Part shown: in pieces, positions 51,861 through 61,287 of the stretch | How positions within the stretch are numbered: position 1 is the stretch's first letter | How the letters are laid out: each line of letters begins with the position of its first letter | Source of the DNA: an uncultured Bacteroidota bacterium | GTDB taxonomy: Bacteria > Bacteroidota > Ignavibacteria > UBA10030 > UBA8401 | Length of the DNA stretch: 64,000 bases | Assembly (NCBI GenBank): GCA_963827085.1 | Contig: CAWGZY010000007.1 | Coordinates: forward strand, 115,039 to 179,038 | Direction: 5' to 3' | The notes under the pieces: model-generated | What the model was told of the DNA's origin: nothing | Database searches by the model: none | What the model saw: the letters and a program-made list of their open reading frames with translations, nothing else | Position numbers and translations under genes: made by a program

Positions 51861-52325
51861 TCACAACCCGAGTCCGGACGCATTCGCCTTTAAAGCATCG
51901 ATGACGAACTGAATGTGTTCCTCCAGCGGAACGCCAAGTTCTGCCGCGCTTTGAACGATCTCTTCCCTGTTGACGCTTCGTGCGAACGCTTTGTCTTTCA
52001 ATTTTTTCTTGACCGAGCCGACTTCAAGGCCTTCGATTTTTTTATTCGGCCGCACCAAGGTACACGCGACGATGAAACCGCATAATTCATCGCAGGCAAA
52101 CAACGCTTTCGCCATAAGCGATTCTCTCGAGACTCCTGAATACGAGGCGTGTCCGAGTATTGCGGTGCGGATTTCGTCGGAATATCCTTTCGCCTTCAGG
52201 ATTTCCGAGCCTTTCACCGGATGGTCCGGTGCCTGAGGGTACATTTCGTAATCGAAATCGTGAATCAGCCCTGTGATTCCCCATGCTTCTTCATCGGCAG
52301 AGAACTTCTTTGCGTAGGCACGCAT
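51861..52325 (-). CDS. HD-domain phosphohydrolase (YqeK-like); the first ATG is shown, but the open frame with the conserved upstream His continues to about 52458
   Basis: HD dyad GLIHDFD; an in-frame upstream translation ...LRKHALAVETA supplies the first metal-binding His 27 aa before HD; no canonical start codon in that extension. Confidence 0.6.
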   Translation of the reverse strand: MRAYAKKFSADEEAWGITGLIHDFDYEMYPQAPDHPVKGSEILKAKGYSDEIRTAILGHASYSGVSRESLMAKALFACDELCGFIVACTLVRPNKKIEGLEVGSVKKKLKDKAFARSVNREEIVQSAAELGVPLEEHIQFVIDALKANASGLGL

Positions 52326-52486
52326 CGCAGTTTCAACTGCTAATGCATGCTTCCGCAGGCTTTCACTTTTTGTATATTCGTATAACAGTGCAAGAGGTAC
52401 TGGATCGGTCCATTCAACCAGCCTTTCTTCTTTGATTTTCGGGGGAGTTGTTACTACCTTTTATCAATTCATTAAAGGAATTTTCT

Positions 52487-52729
52487 ATGACATTATCAAT
52501 TTTGGCGTTTTTTTTTCTTTTGATGCTCATCGCTATAATATTTTATGGCTACGGATTCATCATGAGATCGACCAAGCCCACGCTTCAGAACAATATTGAA
52601 CCGTGCGCAATTTGTAAAAAGCAATTTGAAAGGCAACAGCTTGTAGAAAGGGAAATCGGCGATTCGAAACTCATGTATTTCTGCAAAGCATGCGTTATTC
52701 GTCTCTATGACGATGCCTCAAAAATCTGA
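52487..52729 (+). CDS. Small membrane protein with C-terminal zinc-ribbon (CxxC...CxxC), hypothetical
   Basis: AAGGA RBS 9 nt upstream of the ATG; one TM helix; CAICKK...CKAC. Confidence 0.4.
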   Translation: MTLSILAFFFLLMLIAIIFYGYGFIMRSTKPTLQNNIEPCAICKKQFERQQLVEREIGDSKLMYFCKACVIRLYDDASKI

Positions 52730-52742
52730 AAACTACCCCGTT

Positions 52743-53408
52743 TCAGGCCTCCGACGATGGGCACAGTGTATTAAGGGGGCATATACTGCATTGCGGTTTT
52801 CGCGCACTGCATATTTTTCTTCCGTGCTGGATGAGCGCATTTCCAAAATGAGTCCAATCTCTGTACTCAATTATTTCGCACAGGTCCGATTCGATTTTCT
52901 CCGGGTCTGAATTTCTGGTCAGTCCAAGCCGTTGTGATAAACGTGCAACGTGTGTGTCAACGACTATTCCCGAAGTAATGTTGAACGCTCCGCTAAGCAC
53001 GCAATTTGCGGTTTTGCGTCCGACGCCCGGAAGCTGAATGAGTTCATCCATTGACGACGGAACTTTTCCTTCATATTTTTCGGCAAGCACCCTGCAGCAG
53101 TTGGTAATATTCTTTGCCTTATTGCGATAGAATCCTGTCGAATGGATCTCGTGTTCAAGCTCGGAAAGATTGGCGTGAGCGAAAGCGGCAGCTGTCCGAT
53201 ATTTTTTGAAAAGGGACGGTGTCACTATATTGACCCGCGCATCCGTGCATTGGGCAGAAAGGATCACAGAAATTAAAAGTTGAAGAGGGTTAGCATGACG
53301 GAGTGTAACAGAAGCGGAAGGATACTGTTGTTGAAGTAATGATTCTATCTTTTTCGCGCGCTTAGCTTTTCTTAGTTTTGATTCATCTCCCTGCCAATTC
53401 CTTTCCAT
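52743..53408 (-). CDS. nth: Endonuclease III (DNA glycosylase / AP lyase)
   Basis: HhH-GPD motif (LPGVGRKTANCV) and the 4Fe-4S cluster loop CSARKPQCSICPLNTLC. Confidence 0.9.
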   Translation of the reverse strand: MERNWQGDESKLRKAKRAKKIESLLQQQYPSASVTLRHANPLQLLISVILSAQCTDARVNIVTPSLFKKYRTAAAFAHANLSELEHEIHSTGFYRNKAKNITNCCRVLAEKYEGKVPSSMDELIQLPGVGRKTANCVLSGAFNITSGIVVDTHVARLSQRLGLTRNSDPEKIESDLCEIIEYRDWTHFGNALIQHGRKICSARKPQCSICPLNTLCPSSEA

Positions 53409-53413
53409 GCCTC

Positions 53414-54391
53414 TCAGATAATCTCCTTCATGATAAGGGCAGCATCTGCCGTCAGCGCTTTCTTTATGTTTTCATTTTCTAACGATCCAAGCCACTTGAT
53501 AATTTCAAAAAGTAATTTTTGATCCGGTATCATCATAATGCGAACCGTAAAATTATTGTCTTCGCGAAATGGGAATTTATTCTGCCACAACGATAATTGG
53601 TGGAGATTAAATTCTTTTGATAACCTCTCAAATATCTTTTCCAATTCTGCAATAAACTCCGCCCCTCTGATTCCCGCCGTTTGAGGGTACAGAGCGGCCT
53701 CCCATGGATTTCCCCTTTGTTCCGTTGTTCCGACAGTCGAGAGTACGTTATATATTCCGGTCCAAGTGTTTTCGGCAAACTGCCAGATATCTCCCGCAGC
53801 GATGCTTTTGCGGAAGATAAACTCCAGCACGTCGAGGTTAATTCCCGTTTCCAGAAGATATACACTTTCGAAAATATTCGAGGGTGTCTTTCCCCGGGTA
53901 AAGCCTAAGCGCTTCAAACTCCGTTTTCCTTCTGAAAGCATCCTTCGTACAAGGACGGACAATTTTGTTTGCGAGTTGACAATTTGTGCATCAGGGAGAA
54001 TGTGGGATGTCCATGCAGCGTCGATTCCAATATTGACAGTTGGAAGGATTTGGTCGGAATATTTTTCGAGGCTCTCCTTGATAATTCTCCGTACATCGGC
54101 GTTGTCGGATTTGATCGGAGTCGACAGATATTGGTTTAGGCTTCCTTGTGCAACCTGCGCAGATTTGTTTCGTGCCTCAACGATCGACGATTGAAACGCA
54201 TCGCGGATCGCAGCTGCCTCCGCAAGAGTATTGAGAAGAGAGGCTTTCAATTCCTCGTGATACTTCACCTTCCCCAAGGATTCACTGAGCCCTTTTTGAG
54301 AATCGGTCAAGTCCGCTGCCGGGCTTGTTTGGTGCACTACGCAGTAGGAAATCTTTCTCGACGGAATTCCAAGTTCGCTAAATAGACTCAT
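53414..54391 (-). CDS. Hypothetical cytoplasmic protein (325 aa), probably co-transcribed with nth
   Basis: Long ORF with protein-like composition, 5 nt upstream of nth on the same strand; no recognisable motif. Confidence 0.55.
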   Translation of the reverse strand: MSLFSELGIPSRKISYCVVHQTSPAADLTDSQKGLSESLGKVKYHEELKASLLNTLAEAAAIRDAFQSSIVEARNKSAQVAQGSLNQYLSTPIKSDNADVRRIIKESLEKYSDQILPTVNIGIDAAWTSHILPDAQIVNSQTKLSVLVRRMLSEGKRSLKRLGFTRGKTPSNIFESVYLLETGINLDVLEFIFRKSIAAGDIWQFAENTWTGIYNVLSTVGTTEQRGNPWEAALYPQTAGIRGAEFIAELEKIFERLSKEFNLHQLSLWQNKFPFREDNNFTVRIMMIPDQKLLFEIIKWLGSLENENIKKALTADAALIMKEII

Positions 54392-54598
54392 TGCTGATGT
54401 CCCGTTTAAACGTGTGTAAAGTAAGAATAGAAGTTCTTTTTTTCGGACCAGGCGCCAAGTGACAAGAACTAGGCATTTCGCTTCTTCGGCTTGCCGCTGT
54501 GAAGACTGACATTTGTTTCATCGGAAAGCGATTATTCCGTGTGTCGTGGCTATTCCAGTCGCACAAAGTTCATCGCTGCATTGCCGGCCTTAAACCGG

Positions 54599-55195
54599 CT
54601 ACCATACCTTCACATCACCGAATACCTGGTGCGAAACAATACGAAGTTTCTTGGATGCAGCGGAATAATTTGGAGATGAATAAGAAATGTCCTGACCGAA
54701 CCCGCTTTTCATATTTCCCAGGACTCTCACATCGCCAAAAACCGAATGAGTGGTCACGGCGATCTCGATATCCTTCGGCACTAACACATGCAGGTCGCCG
54801 AAAACTCCGTTCAATTTAAGAAGTTGTTCGCCTTCCGCTAACGCAATTTCCGAAAGGTCAATATTCATGTCCCCGAACGTATTTGAAATCGAGCCGCCGC
54901 GGAAATCCTTCGAACTAATCTTGAGGTCGACATCGCCAAAGACATTTGAATTGTTAATCGCCGAGGCGTTCGATTCCTGCGACGCCCCGGTGTTCACGGA
55001 GGCGGATGACGAGGATTGAGTCGAACTCCGGCCATACCGGAAAAAAATCCGTATACCGATAAGGATGAGAATAAGGGGCCAATAGGTAGACATTACAGTG
55101 CCGAAATCTGCTATGCCAAGATTGTCAAGCAGAAAGAGGACTCCGAGCGTGATAAGAATTAGTGCGCCGAGATACGGCCGTCGTTGAGCGCTCAT
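54599..55195 (-). CDS. LiaF-like / DUF2154 membrane protein (cell-wall stress response family)
   Basis: Two N-terminal TM helices, then repeated xFGDxxV motifs (VFGDVDL, TFGDMNI, VFGDLHV, VFGDVRV, VFGDVKV) typical of the LiaF C-terminal domain. Confidence 0.6.
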   Translation of the reverse strand: MSAQRRPYLGALILITLGVLFLLDNLGIADFGTVMSTYWPLILILIGIRIFFRYGRSSTQSSSSASVNTGASQESNASAINNSNVFGDVDLKISSKDFRGGSISNTFGDMNIDLSEIALAEGEQLLKLNGVFGDLHVLVPKDIEIAVTTHSVFGDVRVLGNMKSGFGQDISYSSPNYSAASKKLRIVSHQVFGDVKVW

Positions 55196-55213
55196 GTGTT
55201 GCTCCTTTACAGA

Positions 55214-56965
55214 TTACCGTTTGATAGATGCAAAATATTTTTGGACATGGTGCAAGTCCATCGTGTTGAGGACGTCATTTTTCTCCAGCCAACCCTTTCG
55301 GGCAATTCCGACGCCGTACCGTACGTCGTGCAATCCATCGGCAACATGTGCGTCAGGATTGATCGATATTTTGACGCCCTTCTCTTTCGCATACTTGCAC
55401 ATCCGCCAGTCTAGGTCCAATCGGGAGGGATGCGCGTTGATTTCAATACACTTTCCATACTCCGCCGCAGCATCGATGATTGCCGTTTGGTTTAACGGAT
55501 AACCGTCGCGCTGCAGCAGCAATCGCCCCGTCGGGTGGCCCAGGACTGTCACATATTTGTTCTGTATCGCCTTCAAAATTCGTTTCGTCATCTCGGCTTC
55601 CGTCATTTTGAAACTGCTGTGCACGGAAGCGACGACGTAATCGAACGTCGAAAGAATTTTGTCGCTGAAGTCGAGTGCGCCGGTCGGCAGGATATCGACT
55701 TCCGTTCCACTAAAGATACGGAAGTTCGGCCATTTTTGATTCAACATATTAATTTCTTTTTGCTGCCTTTTTACGCGGTCTTCAGTCAAACCGTTGGCAT
55801 AGACGGCAATTTTGCTGTGGTCCGCAATGCCGAGATACTCCCATCCTAATTTCTGAGCGGCCTCTGCCATCTCCACGAGTGTATTGATCCCATCGCTGTA
55901 ATTTGTATGGCAATGGAACGTTCCACGGATGTCATTTTCGGAAACAAGATGAGGAAGTTTGTTCTTTTCTGCAGCTTCAATTTCCCCGAAATCTTCGCGC
56001 AATTCCGGCGGCGTATATTCAAGCCCGAGTGCGTTATAGATGTCCTGCTCGTTTTTGCACGGTACCGTTTTTTTCGCTTTTCCCCTTTTTTCTTCCGACC
56101 CAAATTTCGAGAAGCCATACTCGTTCAAACTAAGGTCGAATTTTTTTGCGATTGTCCGCAGGCGGACATTATGGTCTTTGCTGCCGGTAAAATAATTCAG
56201 AGCAAAAGGGAATTCAGAATCATTGACAACGCGCAGGTCGCAATTGATCCCGGATTTCAGGACGACGCTCGATTTTGTTTCGCCTTGTCCGGTGACGCGT
56301 TCGACCTCGGCATGAGAAGTAAACGCCTTCATGATTCCGGGGACCGCCGGAGCTTTTGCACTGGCAACGATATCGATATCTCCAATGATTTCTTTTTTCC
56401 GCCTCAAGCTGCCGGCAATTTCTGCGCGAATAATCCCCTTTTGTTTCAGGATTGCGCCATAAATGTTTTGTGCATCTTTTTCCGCTACGGAGTACAAAAA
56501 TTTGGAGCTGTGTTTCCTCAACGCAGCGATCCCCGCCAATATATTTTCTTCCGTCTTTTTCCCGAAACCCTCTACCTTCTCGAGCTTTCCGGCTTTGCAC
56601 GCTGCTTCAAGCTCTTCAACGGATTTTATTTTCAGCTTTTCATACAGGAGTTTGACTTTTTTCGGCCCGACACCTGAAATGCGCAGCATCGCCGTCAATC
56701 CTTCGGGGAGCGAAGCTTTCATTTCTTCATAATAGATTGACTTTTCTGTCGTAACAAGCTCTGTAATTTTTTCTGCAATTGCCTCGCCGATTCCTTTAAT
56801 GCTCCGAATATCTCCCGAGCGGACAAGCGTATCCAGATCGACCGTCGTTCCTTCAATCGCACGGGCAGCGTTATGGTATGCACGGCATTTAAACGGATTC
56901 TCTCCTTTTAATTCAAGCAGAGTTCCAATTTGGTCTAGTATGTCGGCGACTTTTGCTTTTTCCAT
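55214..56965 (-). CDS. polX: DNA polymerase X family protein with C-terminal PHP phosphoesterase domain (PolX)
   Basis: N-terminal HhH / Pol beta-like domains, then the PHP domain (FHCHTNYSDG, VASVHSS, NPDAH). Confidence 0.9.
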   Translation of the reverse strand: MEKAKVADILDQIGTLLELKGENPFKCRAYHNAARAIEGTTVDLDTLVRSGDIRSIKGIGEAIAEKITELVTTEKSIYYEEMKASLPEGLTAMLRISGVGPKKVKLLYEKLKIKSVEELEAACKAGKLEKVEGFGKKTEENILAGIAALRKHSSKFLYSVAEKDAQNIYGAILKQKGIIRAEIAGSLRRKKEIIGDIDIVASAKAPAVPGIMKAFTSHAEVERVTGQGETKSSVVLKSGINCDLRVVNDSEFPFALNYFTGSKDHNVRLRTIAKKFDLSLNEYGFSKFGSEEKRGKAKKTVPCKNEQDIYNALGLEYTPPELREDFGEIEAAEKNKLPHLVSENDIRGTFHCHTNYSDGINTLVEMAEAAQKLGWEYLGIADHSKIAVYANGLTEDRVKRQQKEINMLNQKWPNFRIFSGTEVDILPTGALDFSDKILSTFDYVVASVHSSFKMTEAEMTKRILKAIQNKYVTVLGHPTGRLLLQRDGYPLNQTAIIDAAAEYGKCIEINAHPSRLDLDWRMCKYAKEKGVKISINPDAHVADGLHDVRYGVGIARKGWLEKNDVLNTMDLHHVQKYFASIKR

Positions 56966-56973
56966 CTCAATCT

Positions 56974-57684
56974 CTAAAAGTTTGGTGCGTGCTCCGTCCC
57001 TTTGTAAAAATCAGCTACGATTTGCGCAGAGACTTTAGGGTCATCGGTCATCGAAAATAAGTCTAAGTCTTCTTTTGAAATATTTCCTTCGGCGAGCATT
57101 TTCGTTTTCACCCAATCGAACAATCCGCTCCAGTATTCTTTCCCCATAAGAACGATGGGAAACCTGCTGACCTTTTTTGTTTGGACCAGCGTAATGGATT
57201 CGAACATTTCATCGAGTGTCCCGAATCCTCCCGGCATCACGATAAACGCCTGGGCGTATTTGACGAACATCACCTTGCGGACGTAAAAGTGGCGAAACGT
57301 TGTCAATTTATCTTTGTCAATGTATGGATTCGCACTTTGCTCAAACGGTAAATCGATATTAATGCCTACTGAAACGCCTCCCGCCTCTTTGGCTCCTTTA
57401 TTTGCGGCTTCCATGATACCCGGACCGCCTCCGGAAATAACGCCGTACCCGATTTTGACAAATTCCTTTGCAACTTCTGTCGTCATCTCATAGTAACGTG
57501 AACCCGGCTTCGTTCGAGCGGAACCAAAAATGGTAATGCAAGGGCCGACACGAGAGAATGTTTGGAAGCCTTCTACAAATTCTGCCATTATTCGGAAAAC
57601 TCGCCACACGTCCTCTTGTGTACGAACAAGTTGATCAAGTTGTTTATCCTGAGCGATATCATGTTCTGTCCTTATTGATGCCAT
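56974..57684 (-). CDS. LOG family protein (second paralog, TIGR00730)
   Basis: GGGPGIMEAANKGA and PGGFGTLDEM motifs. Confidence 0.8.
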   Translation of the reverse strand: MASIRTEHDIAQDKQLDQLVRTQEDVWRVFRIMAEFVEGFQTFSRVGPCITIFGSARTKPGSRYYEMTTEVAKEFVKIGYGVISGGGPGIMEAANKGAKEAGGVSVGINIDLPFEQSANPYIDKDKLTTFRHFYVRKVMFVKYAQAFIVMPGGFGTLDEMFESITLVQTKKVSRFPIVLMGKEYWSGLFDWVKTKMLAEGNISKEDLDLFSMTDDPKVSAQIVADFYKGTEHAPNF

Positions 57685-57715
57685 AGCTAAGTTCCTTTTT
57701 CGGGTTTTAACTGAA

Positions 57716-58285
57716 TTAATAACGGCGCTGTACGAAGTTTTCCAGAATAATCTTCCCGTACTGTGTTGCGATAGATTCTGGATGGAATTGTACTCCGAAC
57801 GTCGGGGAATTAATATGCTTCACGCCCATGATGATATTATCATCCGTCCACGCAGTGATTTCCAATTCTTTAGGGGCACTCGCCTTCTTAATGACAAGCG
57901 AATGGTACCGAGCGGCGGAAAATTTATCCGGAACGTGCTGAAAAATTCCTTTTCCGGTATGATTAATCGTCGACACTTTTCCATGGACCACTGTCGGCGC
58001 TTTCACGATCTCCCCGCCGAAAGCCTGGCCGATGGCCTGATGCCCGAGGCAAACGCCGAGAATTGGAATGGTCTTGTGAAATTTCTTAATGAGTTCGACC
58101 GAGATGCCGGCTTCGTTCGGGGTGCATGGTCCGGGGGAAATCACGATGCCCTCCGGGGCCATTTTTTCAATATCCGAGATCGTGAGCGCGTCATTGCGGG
58201 CAACACGGATTTCAACGCCGAGCTCGCCAAGGTACTGAACGAGGTTGAAAGTAAACGAATCGTAATTGTCAATGATCAGAATCAT
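57716..58285 (-). CDS. trpG: Glutamine amidotransferase, anthranilate / aminodeoxychorismate synthase component II
   Basis: MILIIDNYDSFTFNLVQYL and the GVCLGHQ catalytic Cys; class I GATase. Confidence 0.85.
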   Translation of the reverse strand: MILIIDNYDSFTFNLVQYLGELGVEIRVARNDALTISDIEKMAPEGIVISPGPCTPNEAGISVELIKKFHKTIPILGVCLGHQAIGQAFGGEIVKAPTVVHGKVSTINHTGKGIFQHVPDKFSAARYHSLVIKKASAPKELEITAWTDDNIIMGVKHINSPTFGVQFHPESIATQYGKIILENFVQRRY

Positions 58286-58288
58286 GTG

Positions 58289-59785
58289 TTATTCGTCTGC
58301 CTTCCGTAATTTCTGCACTGCGTTCACAGTTGCGGCAACTTTATCCAATGATTCTTGAAATTCCTTTTCGGGAACGGAATCATGGACAATTCCGCCGCCG
58401 GCCTGGAAATAGGCGACTCCATCATTCACAACGATTGTCCGGATAGCGATACACGAATCAAGGTTGCCGGAGAAATCCAAATAGCCGACGGCACCTCCGT
58501 ACACGCCGCGCTTATTCTGTTCGAGTTCCGCAATTATTTCCATCGCCCGAATTTTCGGAGCGCCGCTGAGAGTCCCTGCGGGGAAACAAGAAAAGAGAGC
58601 ATCGACAGCGGACATGCCTTTGCGCAGTTTCCCGCGGACGTTCGAGACGATGTGCATGACATGCGAATATTTTTCGATCGCCATGAATTGTGTAACCTCG
58701 ACGCTTCCGTATTCGCTGATGCGTCCGATGTCGTTTCGCCCGAGGTCAACGAGCATGAGATGTTCCGCACACTCTTTTTCGTCCGCTAATAGTTCTTTTT
58801 CCAACCGGGCATCTTCTTCCGCCGATGTGCCGCGCCGTCGTGTCCCTGCGATTGGGCGTGTTTCTACAATTCCGTTGTCAAGGCGCACCAAGAGTTCGGG
58901 GGAAGATCCGATAATGCACATGCTCTCCATTCTCAGAAAATAGAGATAGGGCGACGGGTTGACGATCCGCAGCATGCGGTACGCGTCGAACGGCTCGCCG
59001 GTATACTCCATTTTCATTTGTTGCGAAAGAACGACCTGGAAAATATCCCCTTCAACAATAAATTTCTTTGCCTTTTCGACGTTTGAAAGAAAATCATTTT
59101 TGCTCATCGCGTATTGCAATTCGCCGATTGACCCTGCATGATGTACAGCGTACGGAACACTTTTTTGCAGGATTTTTTTCAGCCTCTTGATTTCTATAAC
59201 GGCTTTATTGTATTCTTCTAATAATTGTCCCTCGGTTGCTCCAGCAGGAATGTACGCGTTTGCAACTGCAGACACATTTCGTTTTACGACATCGAAAACG
59301 AGAAGCGTATCAAAGAACATCAAAGTTGCGTCATTGAATCCGAGAGTGTCTAATTTTGCGGAAGGAATGTTCTCTAAGAGTTGAATTGTTTCATATCCAA
59401 AATATCCGACTGCGCCTCCCGTAAAACGAGGTAATCCGGCGACCGGTACCGTTTTGCAATGCGCGAGTATTCTCTTTAACGCAACAAGGGGTTCCATGGA
59501 GGCATCCACAAGCGTTGGAAGCACTTGCACATCGGGATGACGCGGTTTGATTGTGAACGACTTGCCCCGGATTTCGAACACCATAAACGGATTGTAACCG
59601 AGAAACGTGTAACGGCCGATTTTTTCACCCCCCTCGACGCTCTCCAGTAAAAACGAGTATGGACTTTCATCTTTGAGTTTAAGATAGACCGAAACAGGCG
59701 TTTCAGTATCGGCTATCAATTCCTCATAGATCGGAATGATATTTCCGCCGCGCGATAGTTTTTTGAACTCTTCAAAAGTAGTCAT
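58289..59785 (-). CDS. trpE: Anthranilate synthase component I (TrpE; PabB not excluded)
   Basis: Chorismate-binding domain; LLESVEGG and NPSPYLYF motifs typical of Trp-feedback-sensitive TrpE. Confidence 0.75.
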   Translation of the reverse strand: MTTFEEFKKLSRGGNIIPIYEELIADTETPVSVYLKLKDESPYSFLLESVEGGEKIGRYTFLGYNPFMVFEIRGKSFTIKPRHPDVQVLPTLVDASMEPLVALKRILAHCKTVPVAGLPRFTGGAVGYFGYETIQLLENIPSAKLDTLGFNDATLMFFDTLLVFDVVKRNVSAVANAYIPAGATEGQLLEEYNKAVIEIKRLKKILQKSVPYAVHHAGSIGELQYAMSKNDFLSNVEKAKKFIVEGDIFQVVLSQQMKMEYTGEPFDAYRMLRIVNPSPYLYFLRMESMCIIGSSPELLVRLDNGIVETRPIAGTRRRGTSAEEDARLEKELLADEKECAEHLMLVDLGRNDIGRISEYGSVEVTQFMAIEKYSHVMHIVSNVRGKLRKGMSAVDALFSCFPAGTLSGAPKIRAMEIIAELEQNKRGVYGGAVGYLDFSGNLDSCIAIRTIVVNDGVAYFQAGGGIVHDSVPEKEFQESLDKVAATVNAVQKLRKADE

Positions 59786-59791
59786 ACCCTA

Positions 59792-60253
59792 TCAAACAAT
59801 AATTGCCGGCCGCTGAATAACACAATGTTCTCCTTCAAACCGCCGGACGAGTTTACGAAAATCATCGGGAACAGGCGTAGGAAGATTTGTTGTGTGATTC
59901 AGCCAAACATGAACGGCGACATTTTCAGCAATGATTTCCCCGTTCGAGCTCCGTTCCAGTAATCCCTCAAAAATAAAGCTTGTGTTCTTGACGGCGGATA
60001 TCCTGGAATAGACGTTGATGGTATCTCCGTAGCGCGCCGGCGAACGGTAATCGATCTCATTCCGGGCAAGAACGACCTTCGATTCGTTATTGATGGCGTT
60101 GATGTCCACTTTCGCGCCGATCGCGTTCAGATATTCTATTCTGCCAACCTCGAAATAGTGAAGGTAGATCGCATTGTGAACGATTCCCTGCCAGTCGATC
60201 TCATAGTTCCTGACCTTGACTACAGTCTTGTGTTGAAATACGTGTTTGTCCAT
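59792..60253 (-). CDS. Acyl-CoA thioesterase, hotdog fold (YbgC/4HBT family)
   Basis: 153 aa; hotdog 4HBT-like core, YNVHVWLN... Confidence 0.75.
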   Translation of the reverse strand: MDKHVFQHKTVVKVRNYEIDWQGIVHNAIYLHYFEVGRIEYLNAIGAKVDINAINNESKVVLARNEIDYRSPARYGDTINVYSRISAVKNTSFIFEGLLERSSNGEIIAENVAVHVWLNHTTNLPTPVPDDFRKLVRRFEGEHCVIQRPAIIV

Positions 60254-60255
60254 TC

Positions 60256-61287
60256 TTAGCGCAACAATGTCGTGAAAATGTCTGCTGCTTGTTTGACGTG
60301 TTCCATCGACACGTCAAGATGCATCACAGCCCGGATACTGTTGTACGAGCCGAGCGAAACAAGCAGTCCTTTCGATTTCAGTGCAGTGATGATGTCATCG
60401 GGCAGTCTTTTTGTATTTTCAGTATTGATGATGACGATGTTTGTTTGAACGGCTTCCATGTCGAGAGAAAGTTTCGGCAGCTTGGATATTTTTTCTGCAA
60501 AGTATTTCGCTTTCTCATGGTCCTCCTTCAACCGCTCGACGTTGTGCTCGAGTGCATACAACGCCCCGGCGGCGATAATGCCTGCCTGGCGCATTCCTCC
60601 GCCGAATACCTTACGCCATTTATGAACCCGTTCGATCATTGCCGCCGACCCGACCACCGCCGAACCGACGGGCGCTCCGAGGCCCTTTGAAAAACAGACC
60701 GAGACAGAATCGAAATGCTGTGCATATTCTTTTGGATGGATTCCTGTTGCAACCCAGGCATTCCATAATCGCGCGCCATCGAGATGCATCAGCATTTCAT
60801 GAGATCGGGCAAACGCAGAAATTTTTTCAATCTCACCGAGAGGATAGATTGTGCCGCCGGATCGATTATGCGTATTTTCCAGACTAATCATTCTCGACCG
60901 CGGCATATAATACACCTTCGGCCTCATCGCTGCGGTCAGCTGTTCAGCACGGATGACGCCTCTCAATCCGGGCAGTGTTTTGACCTGGACCGATGAGATA
61001 AGAGACGGGGCGGCAGTTTCGTAGTTGAAAATATGAGCGTCCTGTTCGCAAATGATCTCATCGCCCGGCTCGGTCTGTGCTTTAATTGCAAGCTGGTTGC
61101 TCATGACGCCGCTTGGTACATACAGCGCTTTTTCTTTTCCAAGAAGTGCCGCAACCTTCTCTTGAAGCTTGACAACGGTCGGGTCTTCACCGAACACGTC
61201 GTCCCCGACTTCAGCATTCGCCATCGCCTGCCGCATTGCGGCAGAGGGTTTTGTTACCGTATCACTTCTCAGATCAATGTACGCCAT
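60256..61287 (-). CDS. ltaE: Low-specificity L-threonine aldolase
   Basis: [16 protein letters not shown]-terminus; PLP-Lys region; beta-eliminating lyase fold. Confidence 0.85.
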   Translation of the reverse strand: MAYIDLRSDTVTKPSAAMRQAMANAEVGDDVFGEDPTVVKLQEKVAALLGKEKALYVPSGVMSNQLAIKAQTEPGDEIICEQDAHIFNYETAAPSLISSVQVKTLPGLRGVIRAEQLTAAMRPKVYYMPRSRMISLENTHNRSGGTIYPLGEIEKISAFARSHEMLMHLDGARLWNAWVATGIHPKEYAQHFDSVSVCFSKGLGAPVGSAVVGSAAMIERVHKWRKVFGGGMRQAGIIAAGALYALEHNVERLKEDHEKAKYFAEKISKLPKLSLDMEAVQTNIVIINTENTKRLPDDIITALKSKGLLVSLGSYNSIRAVMHLDVSMEHVKQAADIFTTLLR

